Below are positions 49,095 through 61,460 of a stretch of 64,000 nucleotides of DNA, in pieces. The translations under genes and the position numbers were made by a program. The notes under the pieces are model-generated. The model saw only the letters and a program-made list of their open reading frames with translations. It was not told where the DNA came from and did no database searches. The stretch is from Octopus vulgaris (lineage: Eukaryota): the NCBI GenBank assembly GCA_951406725.2, contig OX597824.1:94736001-94800000 (forward strand). Direction: 5' to 3'. Each line of letters opens with the position of its first letter. Within the stretch, counting starts at the first letter, position 1.

Positions 49095-49154
49095 AAATGG
49101 CGGTGCCCCAGTATGGCCACAGCTCGTGAGCTGAAACTAGATAAAATAAAATAA

Positions 49155-49155
<1 letters not shown>
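48985..49155 (+). mobile_element. Chimeric 7SL-head retroposon with a SINE family 1-type tail
   Basis: The 7SL part is followed directly by AAATGGCGGTGCCCCAGTATGGCCACAGCTCGTGAGCTGAAACTAG and (TAAAA)n. Confidence 0.75.
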
Positions 49156-49185
<30 letters not shown>

Positions 49186-49711
49186 TTCATTACGTCAGTG
49201 TTCTGTGATCAGTAATATCCCCCTGTCTTTGTATCTCTGTAACTGGAATCTAATAATTGGCATAGCAAGATGAGTGGTAGCTACATAGACTTCAGGTTTG
49301 ATTTCAGAGTGCTTTCTCTGAGACTTTTCACATCAAAGGGTTCCTCGAAGTCAGCCAGGTTTTCAGAAGAAACATATTTGTGTGTGTTATTGGATGGCCA
49401 TTGGCTCTCTTTAAGTTCATTCGCTCTTCAAATGTTCCTGTATTTTACCCCTCTCTGTCCAAAAATCACCCTCTCCATCATGTGAACCAGGTACCCCAGT
49501 GATGCAACAGGTTGTAGTGTTGTATTTACCATTAACACTGAAGAGTGATCTTACACTGTGTGTGTGCATCTATATATTCTTTTTTTTCAAATTCTTTTAT
49601 TTGTTTCAGTCATTTGATTGCGGCCATGCTGGAGCACCGCCTTTAGTTTAACAAATCGACCCCAAGACTTATTCTTTGTAAGCCTAGTACTTATTCTGTT
49701 GGTCACTTTTG

Positions 49712-50470
49712 CAACTTGGGAATCTCCTGTAACGCTTTTGAATGGTCTCCTTGTTTGAGTTAGGGAATGCTGCTATAATCCTTGCCTTCAGTTCATCTTT
49801 GGTGTTACAAGGAATTTTGTTGGTCTCTTGTTCAACTGCATTACACACATAATCAAAGGGGTTGCAGTTTGGGTAGTTATATAGACAACAAGGAGTTTTG
49901 TTGGTCTCTTGCTCAACTGTACTCCACACATAATAATCAAAGGGGTTGCAATCTGGGTAGTTATTGGGCCAGATGTTAGGAGTGATGTGGTTGCAGATAT
50001 TGTGTGACAGCCATGACTGTGTTCTGCTTATGTGGCATGATGCAGAGTCCTGTTGCCAGACATAGGGTCTTCCAGCAGCCACCTTCTTGACCCAGGGCAG
50101 CACTACCTCCTCCAGGCACTTGATGTAGGCCTCCGTGTTGAGTGTGAGGTCGTGTGGGAAGATGAATGGAGGCATAATGTTGCCATCACTAGTGATCTCT
50201 CCAAACACCATGATGTTGACTGGTTGTTTTGATTTTTATCATTCTCTGTACATATTTTAGAGAACGGCTGTTCTCTGTGTTCACTATCTGTTCATGTTGG
50301 AGCTTCTGGTGCGAATGCCAAGCAGTGCAGCATGTTGCTTCCAAATTTCTGGCAGAGTGAATTGCTTCATGGTGCTACTATACTGTGTAGCCGACAAAAT
50401 CAAAAACCAAAAATGTGCATGTGCGAAATTAAAAATATAAAATGGTGACAATTTACACATTGCACCCTAT
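49712..50470 (-). mobile_element. Decayed Tc1/mariner-superfamily (DD37D/maT-like) transposon
   Basis: Encodes MVFG.ITSDG...YVWQQDSASCH...IWPNNYPDCNPFDYYVW; TIR-like TATAGGGTGCAATGTGTAAATTGTCACC at the right end; short internal duplication. Confidence 0.85.
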
Positions 50471-50849
50471 ACACACACACACACACATGCAAAAGAAAAC
50501 ATGTTTGTGCATGCAAGTTGTCATATATTTCAATAACAAAGAAAAATACCAGTTATACGAGGGGCATCCCTTCTTTAAGTAGTGAAAACTGATCTGTAGC
50601 GAAGATGACAAGATGCTGGGTAATTTGCTGTGCTTGAAAGGACCCATCCATCACAGCAAAAGTGATGTCCTAAAAACCACCTCAGTTATACATGTACATG
50701 TGGGGCTCTGCTCCCCCCTCCTTTTTTTGTCTTGTCAAGCATTTCCCACATCTCATCCCCTAATACCCACCATTCTTCTGTCTATGGTACTATTTGACTG
50801 CTGTAATCACTTCTGATCAGACTTGGCACATATGATATCCCTCACTTTG

Positions 50850-51200
50850 TGCTTCCAGGGGCCTTGACAGCCTGGGATACTTTTGTGTCAGCATAGCTGG
50901 TGAGAGTGGCATTGACTATGTCTGAGAGAGCCACCTGGTCCCAGCACAGTTCCCTGAAAGACTGCACTTGGTATTGATGTCTCTTCGGTCAGAGCACCAC
51001 TGGCAGTGTCTGACTGCTGCCTTTTAAATGCAGCCACTTCCTTAATTCTCTGATACCAAGGTCATGAAGTTTGTGGCCTCATCCCATGATTGGCTTTGAT
51101 GAAGAAATCCTTAGCAAAGTCTGGATGATACACCACATCCATATTTGAATGGTTAAGCAGTTGTTTAAGTACCCAGTCATAATAGAATCTGTGGGTGAGG
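50850..51200 (-). mobile_element. CR1/L2-type reverse transcriptase relic
   Basis: MDVVYHPDFAKDF (compare D.VY.DF.KAFD) and QGTVLGP motifs, frameshifted. Confidence 0.65.
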
Positions 51201-51904
51201 CAGAGAATATTATGAACAAGTGTTGAGGGATGATGAAAAGGGAAGAGGGAAGTGTGGGTGACAACCGTGGAAATTGGCTGACTAGGGATACATGAGTTGG
51301 GAGAAGTAGTAGTAGTAATCCTTTCTAGTATAGGCATAAAGCCTGAAATTTGGGCAAGGAGGCCAGTCAAGTAGATTGATTCCAGTACGCAACTGGTATT
51401 TAATTTATTGACCCTGAAAGGCTAAGTCGACCGTGGCAGAATTTGAACTCAGAACGTAGCAACAGGCAAAATGCTGCTAAGTATTTTGTCCAGTGTGCTA
51501 ATGATTCTGCCAGCTCGCAGCCTTAATAATAACGATAATGATGATGATACAATAGACGAGGAAGAACAAAAAAGAATAGGTGAAAGGTAGAGAGTGGGAT
51601 GATATGTTGGGTAGGTTTATAAGATTGTAGGACAGATGTAATGAACGAGGGATAAGGAGAGAGAATATGGTGGCTCAGGGGCATGATCAGTGGAAAATAT
51701 GTGTGGAGAGGGCAGTGTTAAGAATGAATGGTGAACAACAGTGGAATGGTTTTAGGGAAAACCTGAAGCATGTAGTTCTGCTTTGCATTTGATTACAGCA
51801 ACAGGATGGTGATGTTGGAAAGATGATAGGTGGTGGGAATGTATCGAGGGGGGAAATTTGGTTGGGGAATGAGAAGTTTTGCACATTGTGCCTACAGAAT
51901 CTCT

Positions 51905-52260
51905 TTCTGAAGTGGGCGAGTCTTCTGTTGTACCACATATCACCAGTCATCCTGGTCCTTTGTCACCTCCCCTATGTGTTTCAAGGTCTTGAGTTCAGCC
52001 TTCACCACTTCATCCTGAGTCTCCCTCTTCTGTAAGCTTCATCTCCATAAAGTGGCACTTCTTTATACAGCTGTCCTCATCCATACACACCACATGTGAA
52101 TAACAGAGCAGTCTTTCTTGCATACTTTATCTAATTCCTTTTATGCCCAATTTCTCTCTCTCAGTGCATTTGTCATTCACACATACTTACATTATACGTC
52201 CAGCAGAGCATTCTTACTTTATTTCTTTTAAATCTTCCCAAGTCCTCACTAAGCTACAGC
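51905..52260 (-). mobile_element. RTE-like LINE 3' ORF relic
   Basis: Degenerate C-terminal pattern RGR...V.AELKTL...VTKDQDDW. Confidence 0.5.
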
Positions 52261-52719
52261 AGTGGTAGCAGGTCCCTGCCCTTTTTTTTCTTCCTTTTTT
52301 AAAAGCTGTTCTACTGTACTTCTAGATGCAACCACTTCCTATGCTAATTACACCTCTTAAATAACAAAACTCTCAAAATTTCAAATTCTGTCACCAACAT
52401 GCTTGGAATAACTGCAAAATCTCTGAAAATAAGGTTTTTCAAAATTCTTACTTATTAGCTCAACCCTTAATGATGCATACTTTGTTTACTTTGACTCTTG
52501 TTAACCCAGCAGACAAAATATAGGAGGCCTTCATGTGGTCATTGAACATGCTAGAAGTAACAACCATGACTTTGTAAAAGTGTTTTTTCCAAAACTTCAC
52601 TTTTTTTTATATGACTCTTTGTTTTCATAATAATGACTCACCTCCCATGGAAGTATGGAGTGCATCAGCACAGTTGATGCCCTCATCCTCAACTAAACTA
52701 TACTGAAATATTGGATATT

Positions 52720-53092
52720 TGTGGGTGGGTGGTAAGAAGCTTGCTTCTCAACCACATGGTTCTGGATTCAATCCCACTGCATGGCACCGTGGGCAAGTGT
52801 CTTCTGCTATGGCCTCAGGATGACCAAAGCCTTGTATTTGGATTTGGTAGATGGAAACTGAAAGAAGTCTGTTTGTGTGTTTTGATGTCTGTTTGTCCTC
52901 CACCACCACTTGACAACTGATGTTGGTGTGTTTACGTCCCTGTAACTTAGCGGTTCAATTAAAAGGGACTGATATAAGTACCAGGCTTATAAAGAATAAG
53001 TACTGGAATTGATTCATTTGACTGTAATATTCTTCAAGGCAGTGCCCCAGCATGGTCACAGCCTAATGACTGAAACATGTAAAAGATAAAAG
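52720..53092 (+). mobile_element. SINE family 1, diverged
   Basis: Head, body and tail recognisable. Confidence 0.75.
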
Positions 53093-54145
53093 ATGAAATG
53101 TTTTGCTCCGCATCTCTTTATCAATGAAAAGACAAAATGGAGTTTGCTTCTTTCGTTGTAGTGTTGCACAAGCTTTAACTGTTTCAGAACTTCTCTAAAA
53201 CCAACATCTAAACAGCTTCCAAAGCGTCAACCCAAAACTGTAATTTACCATGCTTGTGACTTCCTACTACCAACTAAAATGTTCCCTACCTACCATTTGG
53301 CTCATTTCTTAGGCATCACTTATAATTCTATTCTCATCTAGGAGGCACTATAACTGGTTTTCATGGGGCAAAACGAGTTTCCTGGGCTGTTATGGGGATA
53401 GAAAAATAGTAGTATGAGGGCATGTGCTGTAACAGCCTGTTGCTACATCCACCTTCTGTTGGTGATCCCTTACTCCTTGCCGATATGATATCTTTGCACC
53501 CCTCAGTTGACAACCCTCCAACCCAATGTCTGTTTGGGTACTTGTTACTGATGAGGGTTTTATGAGGTCAGAGTGCAACTTCTGCCACATCCTCTTATTT
53601 GCTTTCTGTGGCACACAGAGGAAATGTTGGGTGTATTCTTTGACATGCCAGTCCCCACACACCATAGAATAAGACCCAGGCAAATTGCCATGTTTTAAAC
53701 CAAGTGAAGCATTTGAATCATTTCCAACTTAAAAAGTTGTCCCAACACTGTATTGACAAGGGGATTTTGTGGTGTGCTCAAGGTGTTTTCTTGGGAATAT
53801 GAATGTAATTGGACCCCTTTTATCTCAAACTGGTAAATTCGTGTTAACTTCTTTCTCGTTGGTATCATTTAATTCATCTACTGCAGCTTTGTTGCCAATG
53901 TTTTCCTTTGTTTTTGTTTCCTCTTTGGCAGTTTTATTTTATTAGTTTTTGTCAATTTGTAAAATTTCCTTTTTTTTTTTTATTATAGTTCAAAATTTTT
54001 GAAAAAAATTAAATTGTTTTCATGTTTTATAAATAACATTGCTTGTAAAAAGAGTGAACAATAAAGTAAAAAGCAGGCTTAGAAATGATGGATTCTTGCT
54101 TAATTGAACCAAAAGTTCAGGATAAGAAGTGGCAGCTCAAAAATA

Positions 54146-54365
54146 TTAACCCTTTCGTTACTGTATTTCTGTTGAGATGCTCTGTGCTTCTTTCAATTAC
54201 TTTAAATATAACAGAATTTAGTAAAATAACTTAGTTATCTTTGTGTTAGGAACATAAATTGTGACTAAGGTTTGGTGGAAGATTTTATTTCAAAACTTAT
54301 GAAAACAAGGTATTTGTACCCAGAGCCAGAGATGGTTTCAGCTGGGTTGGTAACGAAAGGGTTAA
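54146..54365. mobile_element. piggyBac-like MITE
   Basis: TTAA-CCCTTTCGTTAC ... GTAACGAAAGGG-TTAA. Confidence 0.8.
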
Positions 54366-55983
54366 AGCTGAAGTTGGAATTGAAATTTTTACATGTTTAT
54401 GTTTGTCTACATAGAAACACTACAGAACAAGAATGTCAGCTCACAATATCAAACCATCGAAGACTTCCTGAATTAGGGATCTTAACTTTGGAATGCAAGA
54501 TAAAAGTACAAACCACTGACTTGTGTTATTTCTTGTAACTGTTTTGGTTTTAAAAATATTTAAAAGCATCTGTATCAGACGATGCCTCATGCAAACAGTG
54601 TTGTTTTTAGTTCCAATTAAATGTTGAAGTAGACCCTTCTTTTGGTTGCAACTCCGTCTATGAAGAATTTTATATGGAACTTTCTAGATTTACTCCCTAT
54701 GAAATAAAATGGATGATGGGATGGGATTTGCAATGGAGATGTAGCCTGTCTTTCAAAACTTAAAATTACTTAGCTACCTTCTTCATGTTTTTGCCAACAA
54801 TTGCTGAGTTGACATTTATCCATACAGAAATTTGAGCTTGTTTAGTGGTGGTGGTGGGAGAGGGACTAGGATGCACTTTAACTTGTCTAGTAACAGTCAA
54901 CTAGGCAACAGTGTCATGTCAGCTAAGAAATAAGAGACGGGGGTAGGGATGTGGTTTTTGTGAGGTCTACCTTCCCTTGCTAAGAAATGAAAAATTTATC
55001 CCCACTTAAGACTGGGAACGTATGCTCACAAAGCTCTGGAAATCCATTGCTCTTTGCTTTTGGTATCTCGTAACTTCCAGCTCCAACACTCATGTCTTCT
55101 ACAAAGCTTGATCAGCAAACCTCCCTTCTCCTCAAAGTGCACAAGATTTATGAACCTCAGACTCAGCATAAACCATTGTGGTATGATCTCAATTAGAGAT
55201 GGTTCTACAGGGGAAAGACATGGCCTTCAAATTTAACGGCATTACAAACACCCTGATATTTCCTTTAATCATCTCTCTCTCTTGTTCCATTCAAAGCTCA
55301 CTCAAAGCATTTTACATTCACATTCCAACTTCAGCTGCTCTATATTCAAAGCTTCCATTTCTTCTTGTCCTGAGCTTTTTCACATTCAGTTATTTAAAGA
55401 TATTATTACTATTGCACGTACAGTTTTCCTGCTAATATAAATAGACACATTAATGTATGTGTTTATCATTATCATTTTAACATCAACTTTTCTGTTAGCA
55501 TGGGTTGGTCTGAGTTTATTGGGCCAGATTTTTCTATGGCTGGATGCTTTTTTCCTGTTGCCAACTCTTACTGGTTTCCAAGCAAGGTCATATTTCCTGA
55601 TGACCAGACATGGTTTTGCAGAATATTAGGAATGAATAACCTTCATTTACAACAATCAGACAATGTTAGGACAAGGAGATACAAGCATACACACAATCAC
55701 ACTCACACATGTATATATATGCCAGCATGGAAATCGAATGTCACATGATGATTATATGAATATATGTGCACATGTATCATGTATATATCCATCATCAGTT
55801 TACTGGCAGTTTCTTTAATAGTATGCCATCAATTGTCTTAAGATTGTCGAAGTTGCCAGCTCCCTTAAGAAGCCTTTCTTCTCTTGTCTTAGAGAAGAGT
55901 CTTACAATAATCTACTCCCCTCTTCTTTTGCCAAATATGAAATGATATCACTATATAACGAGTGTCTTGCATTTCTATACTAT

Positions 55984-56215
55984 TAAGGCGAGCTGGCAGA
56001 AACGTTAGCACGCAAGGCGAAATGCTTAGCAGTATTTCGTCTGTCGCTATGTTCTGAGTTCAAATTCCGCTGAGGTCGACTTTGCCTTTCATCCTTTCGG
56101 GGGTTGATAAATAAAGTACCAGTTACGCACTGGGTTCGATGTAATCGACTTAATCCCTTTTTCTGTCCTTGTTTGTCCCCTCTATGTTTAGCCCCTTGTG
56201 GGCAATAAAGAAATA
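55984..56215 (+). mobile_element. SINE family 2 inserted in the Helitron relic
   Basis: Full-length copy flanked by TATTAAG-like duplications. Confidence 0.85.
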
Positions 56216-56510
56216 GATATTATTAAGGACAAACCATTCTGTGGAAGATTGTCGTAGGGAGCAGCTTTCCAATGCTTGTACCTTTTCACTTTCTTTGAAA
56301 TAGGCAGGTTCTTGCAGTTGCAAATGTACCGATCAGCATACAACATGTCAAGCATTTTGTTTTCATGTAATTGCCACATCACTTCAGATCCTCTACCTGC
56401 TATCAAAGATGGCATTTTACCTCATCACATACTGCTTCCCTGTTTGCTAGCCTTTCATTTAGATCAAAATTAATGATATATTTCTTTATATATATATATA
56501 TATATATATA

Positions 56511-56798
56511 TCACCGTGACCGACAAGGCTATCAGATGTTGCTACACATCGCTGGTCACAATGCGCTTCGCATTGTTTTAGCCTTCAAATGATGCCACCC
56601 CGCTGGCTAAGCGAGCAGGCCAACAGAAGAAAGAGTGAGAGAAGGTTGTGGCGAAAGAGTGCAGCAGGGATCGCCACCATCCCCTGCCAGAGCCTCGTGG
56701 AGCTTCAGGTGTTTTTGCTCAATAAACACTCACAACGCTCGGTCTGGGAATCAAAACCGCAAGTCCGCTGCCCTAACCACTGGGCCATTGCGCCTCCA
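56511..56798 (-). mobile_element. tRNA-derived SINE, local family 4, CpG-rich, in a (TA)n tract
   Basis: Head GGAGGCGCAATGGCCCAGTGGTTAGGGCAGCGGACT...GATTCCC; only one copy in the window. Confidence 0.7.
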
Positions 56799-57104
56799 TG
56801 TACATATATATATATATATATATATCCTTTATATTTACATTCTGATGTGTACTTCACTACATTGACAGTTGAATTTTCTACATTTACACAGGCATTGAAT
56901 TTACGATGTGACTACTTCATAACTACTGCGTTTCCATTATCAACTGCATGGTTACTAACTTGAATTGCTGTAGCTAGTGTTGCCTGTAATAATATCTATA
57001 ATACTAGGTTGCAGTCACTGAAATATATATTTGTTGTGTCTTTTCTACAAGTGTTTCCATGCTCATTGCTCCGATGAATTTTCTGATCTATCAAGATGTT
57101 TAAT

Positions 57105-57367
57105 ACAGTTTTATATTTAAGAGATGAGGAATTATTTACATTATTTACATTTGACAGATATTGGTCCTCATCTTGTTTGTTGTTAACACAACATTTCGGC
57201 TGATATAACCTCCAGCCTTCATCAGGTGTCTTGAGGAAATTTTGAATCTGGGTTCTCATCCCTAAGGTATTTTTCGATGTTATTATTATTATTATTGGGC
57301 ATATAGCATAGTGATTAAGAGTGTGGGCTACTAACCCCAAGATTCCGAGTTCAACTCCAGGCAGTGA

Positions 57368-57403
<36 letters not shown>

Positions 57404-57550
57404 TAATAGTAATAACATGGAAAAATACCTTATGAATGAGAACCCAGGTTTGAAATTTCCCCAAGACACTTGATGGAGGCTGGAAGGTATATCAGCTGAA
57501 ATGTGTTAACAAACAAGATTAGGACAAATATCCGTCAAATGTAAGTAATG
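57105..57550 (+). mobile_element. Composite tRNA-head/Penelope-tail element, copy B with ~190-bp inverted arm
   Basis: Inverted tail 57105-57296, head 57297-57370, (AAT)n, forward tail to 57550; flanks AAGATGTTTAAT / AAGTTGTTTAAT (11 of 12 match). Confidence 0.8.
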
Positions 57551-60500
57551 AAGTTGTTTAATGTTTCACCTGCTTCTCTTCCCAGGTGCACCGTTTCTCT
57601 ATTAACCTTCTCGTTAGTCACAAGTTCTTTTATTCTATTAGCTTCTTTTCCTTCAAATGCTGCTCTCCGGAACTTACTACCATTGTCTTATTTTCCTCTG
57701 GTCTGTGATATTTAGCACTTGAAGCTTTCAGTTAATCAACATCTCTTGAATTTGTAGGCCCCTTCTTTTCTTTTGTAGTCTCTTACTGTACTGTACTCTT
57801 GAACCTTGTTTGGGACAAAATTATTAAAAAAAAAAGAAATGGATAACCATTCCTTTGTTCCTGTTTCTTGTTGAAATACTTTGGAAACTTCTTTTGGTTG
57901 TGTCCATTCTCCTTGCAGTATACTCTCACGTTTTGTTCATCACTGAGTCCATGTATCATGTACTTTTTTTTTATAATATCATAAAGCAAAACTCAGTTTC
58001 TGTGTCAAGAATTTCAGCATAGACAACTTTATTTGCAACAGGTTTTTGAACTTGTCTGAATGCACTATTACTAAGATATGGGAATGTGGGAAACTTTTCT
58101 GAAATTCATCATCATCATCATTCAGTGCTTTACAAAGAGCCTGCTTTTTTTAATACCATCAAAAAGTTCTCTTAGTTCTGACTGAAAACATCTTGCTGTT
58201 AGGTCTGGTCTATGTGAGGAATTTTGTCCCTGGAATAAGTTATCCTTAGTTCCTGGCCAGTTTGGATTGCATGTCATAGTAAGGAAAACATTAGATGTAT
58301 CATGTTTTTCTACTGTTAGCCAATGTATCACAATAGTATTTGCACATGTTTCTTGGAGATTCTTCAAATGAAGATGGGAGAATAACTGCACTCCCAACTT
58401 GAACTCTGGGGTCTTGGTACAACATTATTTAAACGATCAGCTAAGCCACTGTAAAGCCCAGGGCTATAGTAAGGACATTTGCTGAAGGTGCTGTACAATG
58501 AGATTGAACCTAAATCCATATGTGTGCAGAGTGAATTTCTTGATCATGCTCCTTTGGCTGCACCTACACTATCGTAATAATCATAATAGGAATTATTAGG
58601 ATCTGACGTTAGGGATTTTGAGTTCTGTGGAAATTCTCATCAAGTAGAAGGTGGCAGTTTAGCTTTATAGCTGCAGTTATAAAAAGTATCTGTTTGTAAG
58701 TCATTCAAATGAGGTATTCGTGGCCATGCAGAAGTGATAGAAGTTGTTTCTATCTCCACAGTAATGTTGCTTCATGTTTTCTTCATTTGTATGTTGAACT
58801 GGAAGCATTTCTGAAACAGTTATACAGGCGCAGGAGAGGCTGCGTGGTAAGAAGCTCACCACAGCGGCAAGCTGGCAGAATTGTTAGCACGCCAGGCGAA
58901 ATGCTTAGCGGTATTTCGTCTGCTGTTGCGTTCTGAGTTCAAATTCCGCTGAGGTTGACTTTGCCGTTCATCCTTTCGGGGTCAGTAAATTAAGTACCAG
59001 TTACGCACTGGAGTCTATGTAATTGACTTAACCACTTTGTTCTTGTGGTGCTCCAGCATGGCCACAGTCAAATGCCTGAAACAAGTAAAAGAATAACAGA
59101 ATATTCTTGATTTTTTTTTGTTACCCATTCTTCCATCCTTACATCATCTTTTTCTGTTTTTGTGTTGATTTTCATTCTTTTGATTGAAGTTTCCTGCATT
59201 CTACATCTCACAGCATCTCTTCTAACATTGACTTGCCCTTCAGTTTCATTTTGAAATCTTTGGGCCACTCCTTCTGGCTTGAGCTCTTCTGCTCTAGTTA
59301 ACCAACACTCACAATCTGCTTATCATTTAGCATCTAATAGTTTTTTCTTTTCTTCATTCATTCACATTGGTTTCCTTCTATTTTTCCCTAGCTAATCTTT
59401 TCTTCAAGTGCTGATTCCAGTTGTTATCAGTTGCATTTTGCGATAACATGTCAGCAGTTGCGTAAATATACGACATACAATATTGAAGCGTGTGAACAAT
59501 CAGATGTGCTTTTTACGTTTGAAACTTTCTGTAACAACTTTTTTAAATGTGTGTGTGTGTGTTTGAATAATTAAATGGGATATTAAATTATTTCTTTTGA
59601 AAATAATTTCTGTTTATGCATGCATATGTATTTGCATCTATGTGCCTATATATGTTTGCCTATGTACACACACACACACACTCTATGTATGTATGAGTTG
59701 TTTTTATATATATATATGTTTATGTGTATGCATGTATGACTTTCTTTAATTGGATGCATGCTTGATCAGGAACATATTCTTGTGTGTGTGTGTGTGTGTG
59801 TGTGTGTATGCATATATGCACATCTGCTAGTGTGTGTTAATTAATGGGATGGCTATGTAATGGTGTTTGGATCTTTATTTACAAATTGGTGCAAAATCAA
59901 TATTATTAATGGACACCTCTATCTGTCGTATCTCAAACTCTTCTTAATTAATTACCTCTGCCTGATCCCTAATCTGCTCCCTCCAACCGATTTCAATGGT
60001 GATCACTCTGTTATAAACACTATCATATTATTCCTATTTGATTCAAACCCCTCACATTGAGTCACAGTCTTCCTCCCCTTCGTAGAATAGAATCATACTT
60101 GAAGGCTTATTGCATGTCCCTAATAAGTCGTATTCTCCACAAAACTCCAATGTCCACTGTCAATAAGTATTCGTCCCTACACCTTGTACTGAACGTGTAG
60201 AATATTTTGCAGTGGTAAGGTAGCATGCTTAATAAATAAGGAAGAATTCAAGTAAATTTGATACTGACTTTTCTTTATCATCATTTAACAGCTGTTCTCT
60301 ATGCTGGCATGAGTTGGATGGTATGACAGGAACTGGCAAGCCAGAGGGCTGCTCTCCAGCACCAATTGTTTGTTTTGGCATGGTTTCTGTGGCTGGATGT
60401 CCTTCCTAACATCAACCACTTTACAGAGTGTGTTGGTTGCTTTTTTGTGGTGATGGCATGCCTGCACTGGAAAAAAATATTTTCAACTTTTTAAAATTTT

Positions 60501-60962
60501 TTACCAAGGTGGGTTTTTTTATCTTGGAGTTGTTGGCGTTAGGAAGGGCATCCGGTTGTAGAAACGCTGCCAGATCAAGATTGGAGCCTGGTGCAGCCGT
60601 CTGGTTCGCCAGCCATCAGTCAAAATCATCCAACCCATGCTAGCATGGAAAGTGGACGTTAAACGATGATGATGATGTGGTTATATCTTATTTGGAAAGC
60701 AATTCTACAAAGCTAATCTATGAGTTTTAGCAAACTCAGTAGACAAAAATATACAATTCAGAAGAATCTGATATGTTTTTGAAGATGAAATTAAATATTC
60801 TATTACATTTACAAATAGAAAATTGAAAAATATACAGTTAAAAGATAATAAACAGAAAAGCAAACTTGTGTGTGATAAACACTAAGCAGCAGGTGAGAAA
60901 CTGTTCACTTGTTCGTTTACATTTGAAAACTACCTGTACATTTTCATATGTCAGAGTAATAC

Positions 60963-61460
60963 ATTATATAAAATCCATTCTGTCCGATTGTGCTTAAATT
61001 TGATATGTTGATACCGATGGTATCAGGGCGTGTATAAGTCTTGAAAAAATTACAAAAATCGATTCCAGGTGAGAATGCGATCAATAAAGCCGTGGGAGCG
61101 TGCATTTGTATGCGCAAGTACATCAGCTGTTGCGATCAATACTATGTGTATGCAAGAAAAATGCATGTGCAGTTTTGCACCAAAAAAGCCGACTGGCTTG
61201 AAATAATGCCACAAAATGCAGTATATTGAAGAGACCAAAAATGTAAGATGCAAAAGAGATATTTTCTTCAAATTTGGCATGAAGGAAGGAAAGACTATTT
61301 GGTTTCTCAAGAATTTTTTTTTTTTTGCCTTAACTTCGTTTAACAAAACCAAAAATTTTATTGAAATAAAGGCATGCTTAATTATTTTTTAATGAAAAGA
61401 AAACACTGATTGCAGGTATGATTCAGTACCGTCCATTGGACGGTAGGCGTTTTGCTCATA
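60963..61460 (+). mobile_element. Non-autonomous Helitron-like element (sister of 14972-15335)
   Basis: Shared internal sequence and terminal hairpin ACCGTCCATTGGACGGT. Confidence 0.65.

Larger units (their letters stand above)
55790..59400 (-). mobile_element. Fragmented autonomous Helitron (Rep region) interrupted by younger insertions
   Basis: Collinear Rep motifs: VILPSSFEESPRNM, FLTMTCNPNW...GQ...RPDLTARCF, KVVYAEILD, YDIIKK.MIHG...KKFPK, GAGNFDNLKTIDG; charged N-terminal-like segment at 59068-59268. Confidence 0.85.
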
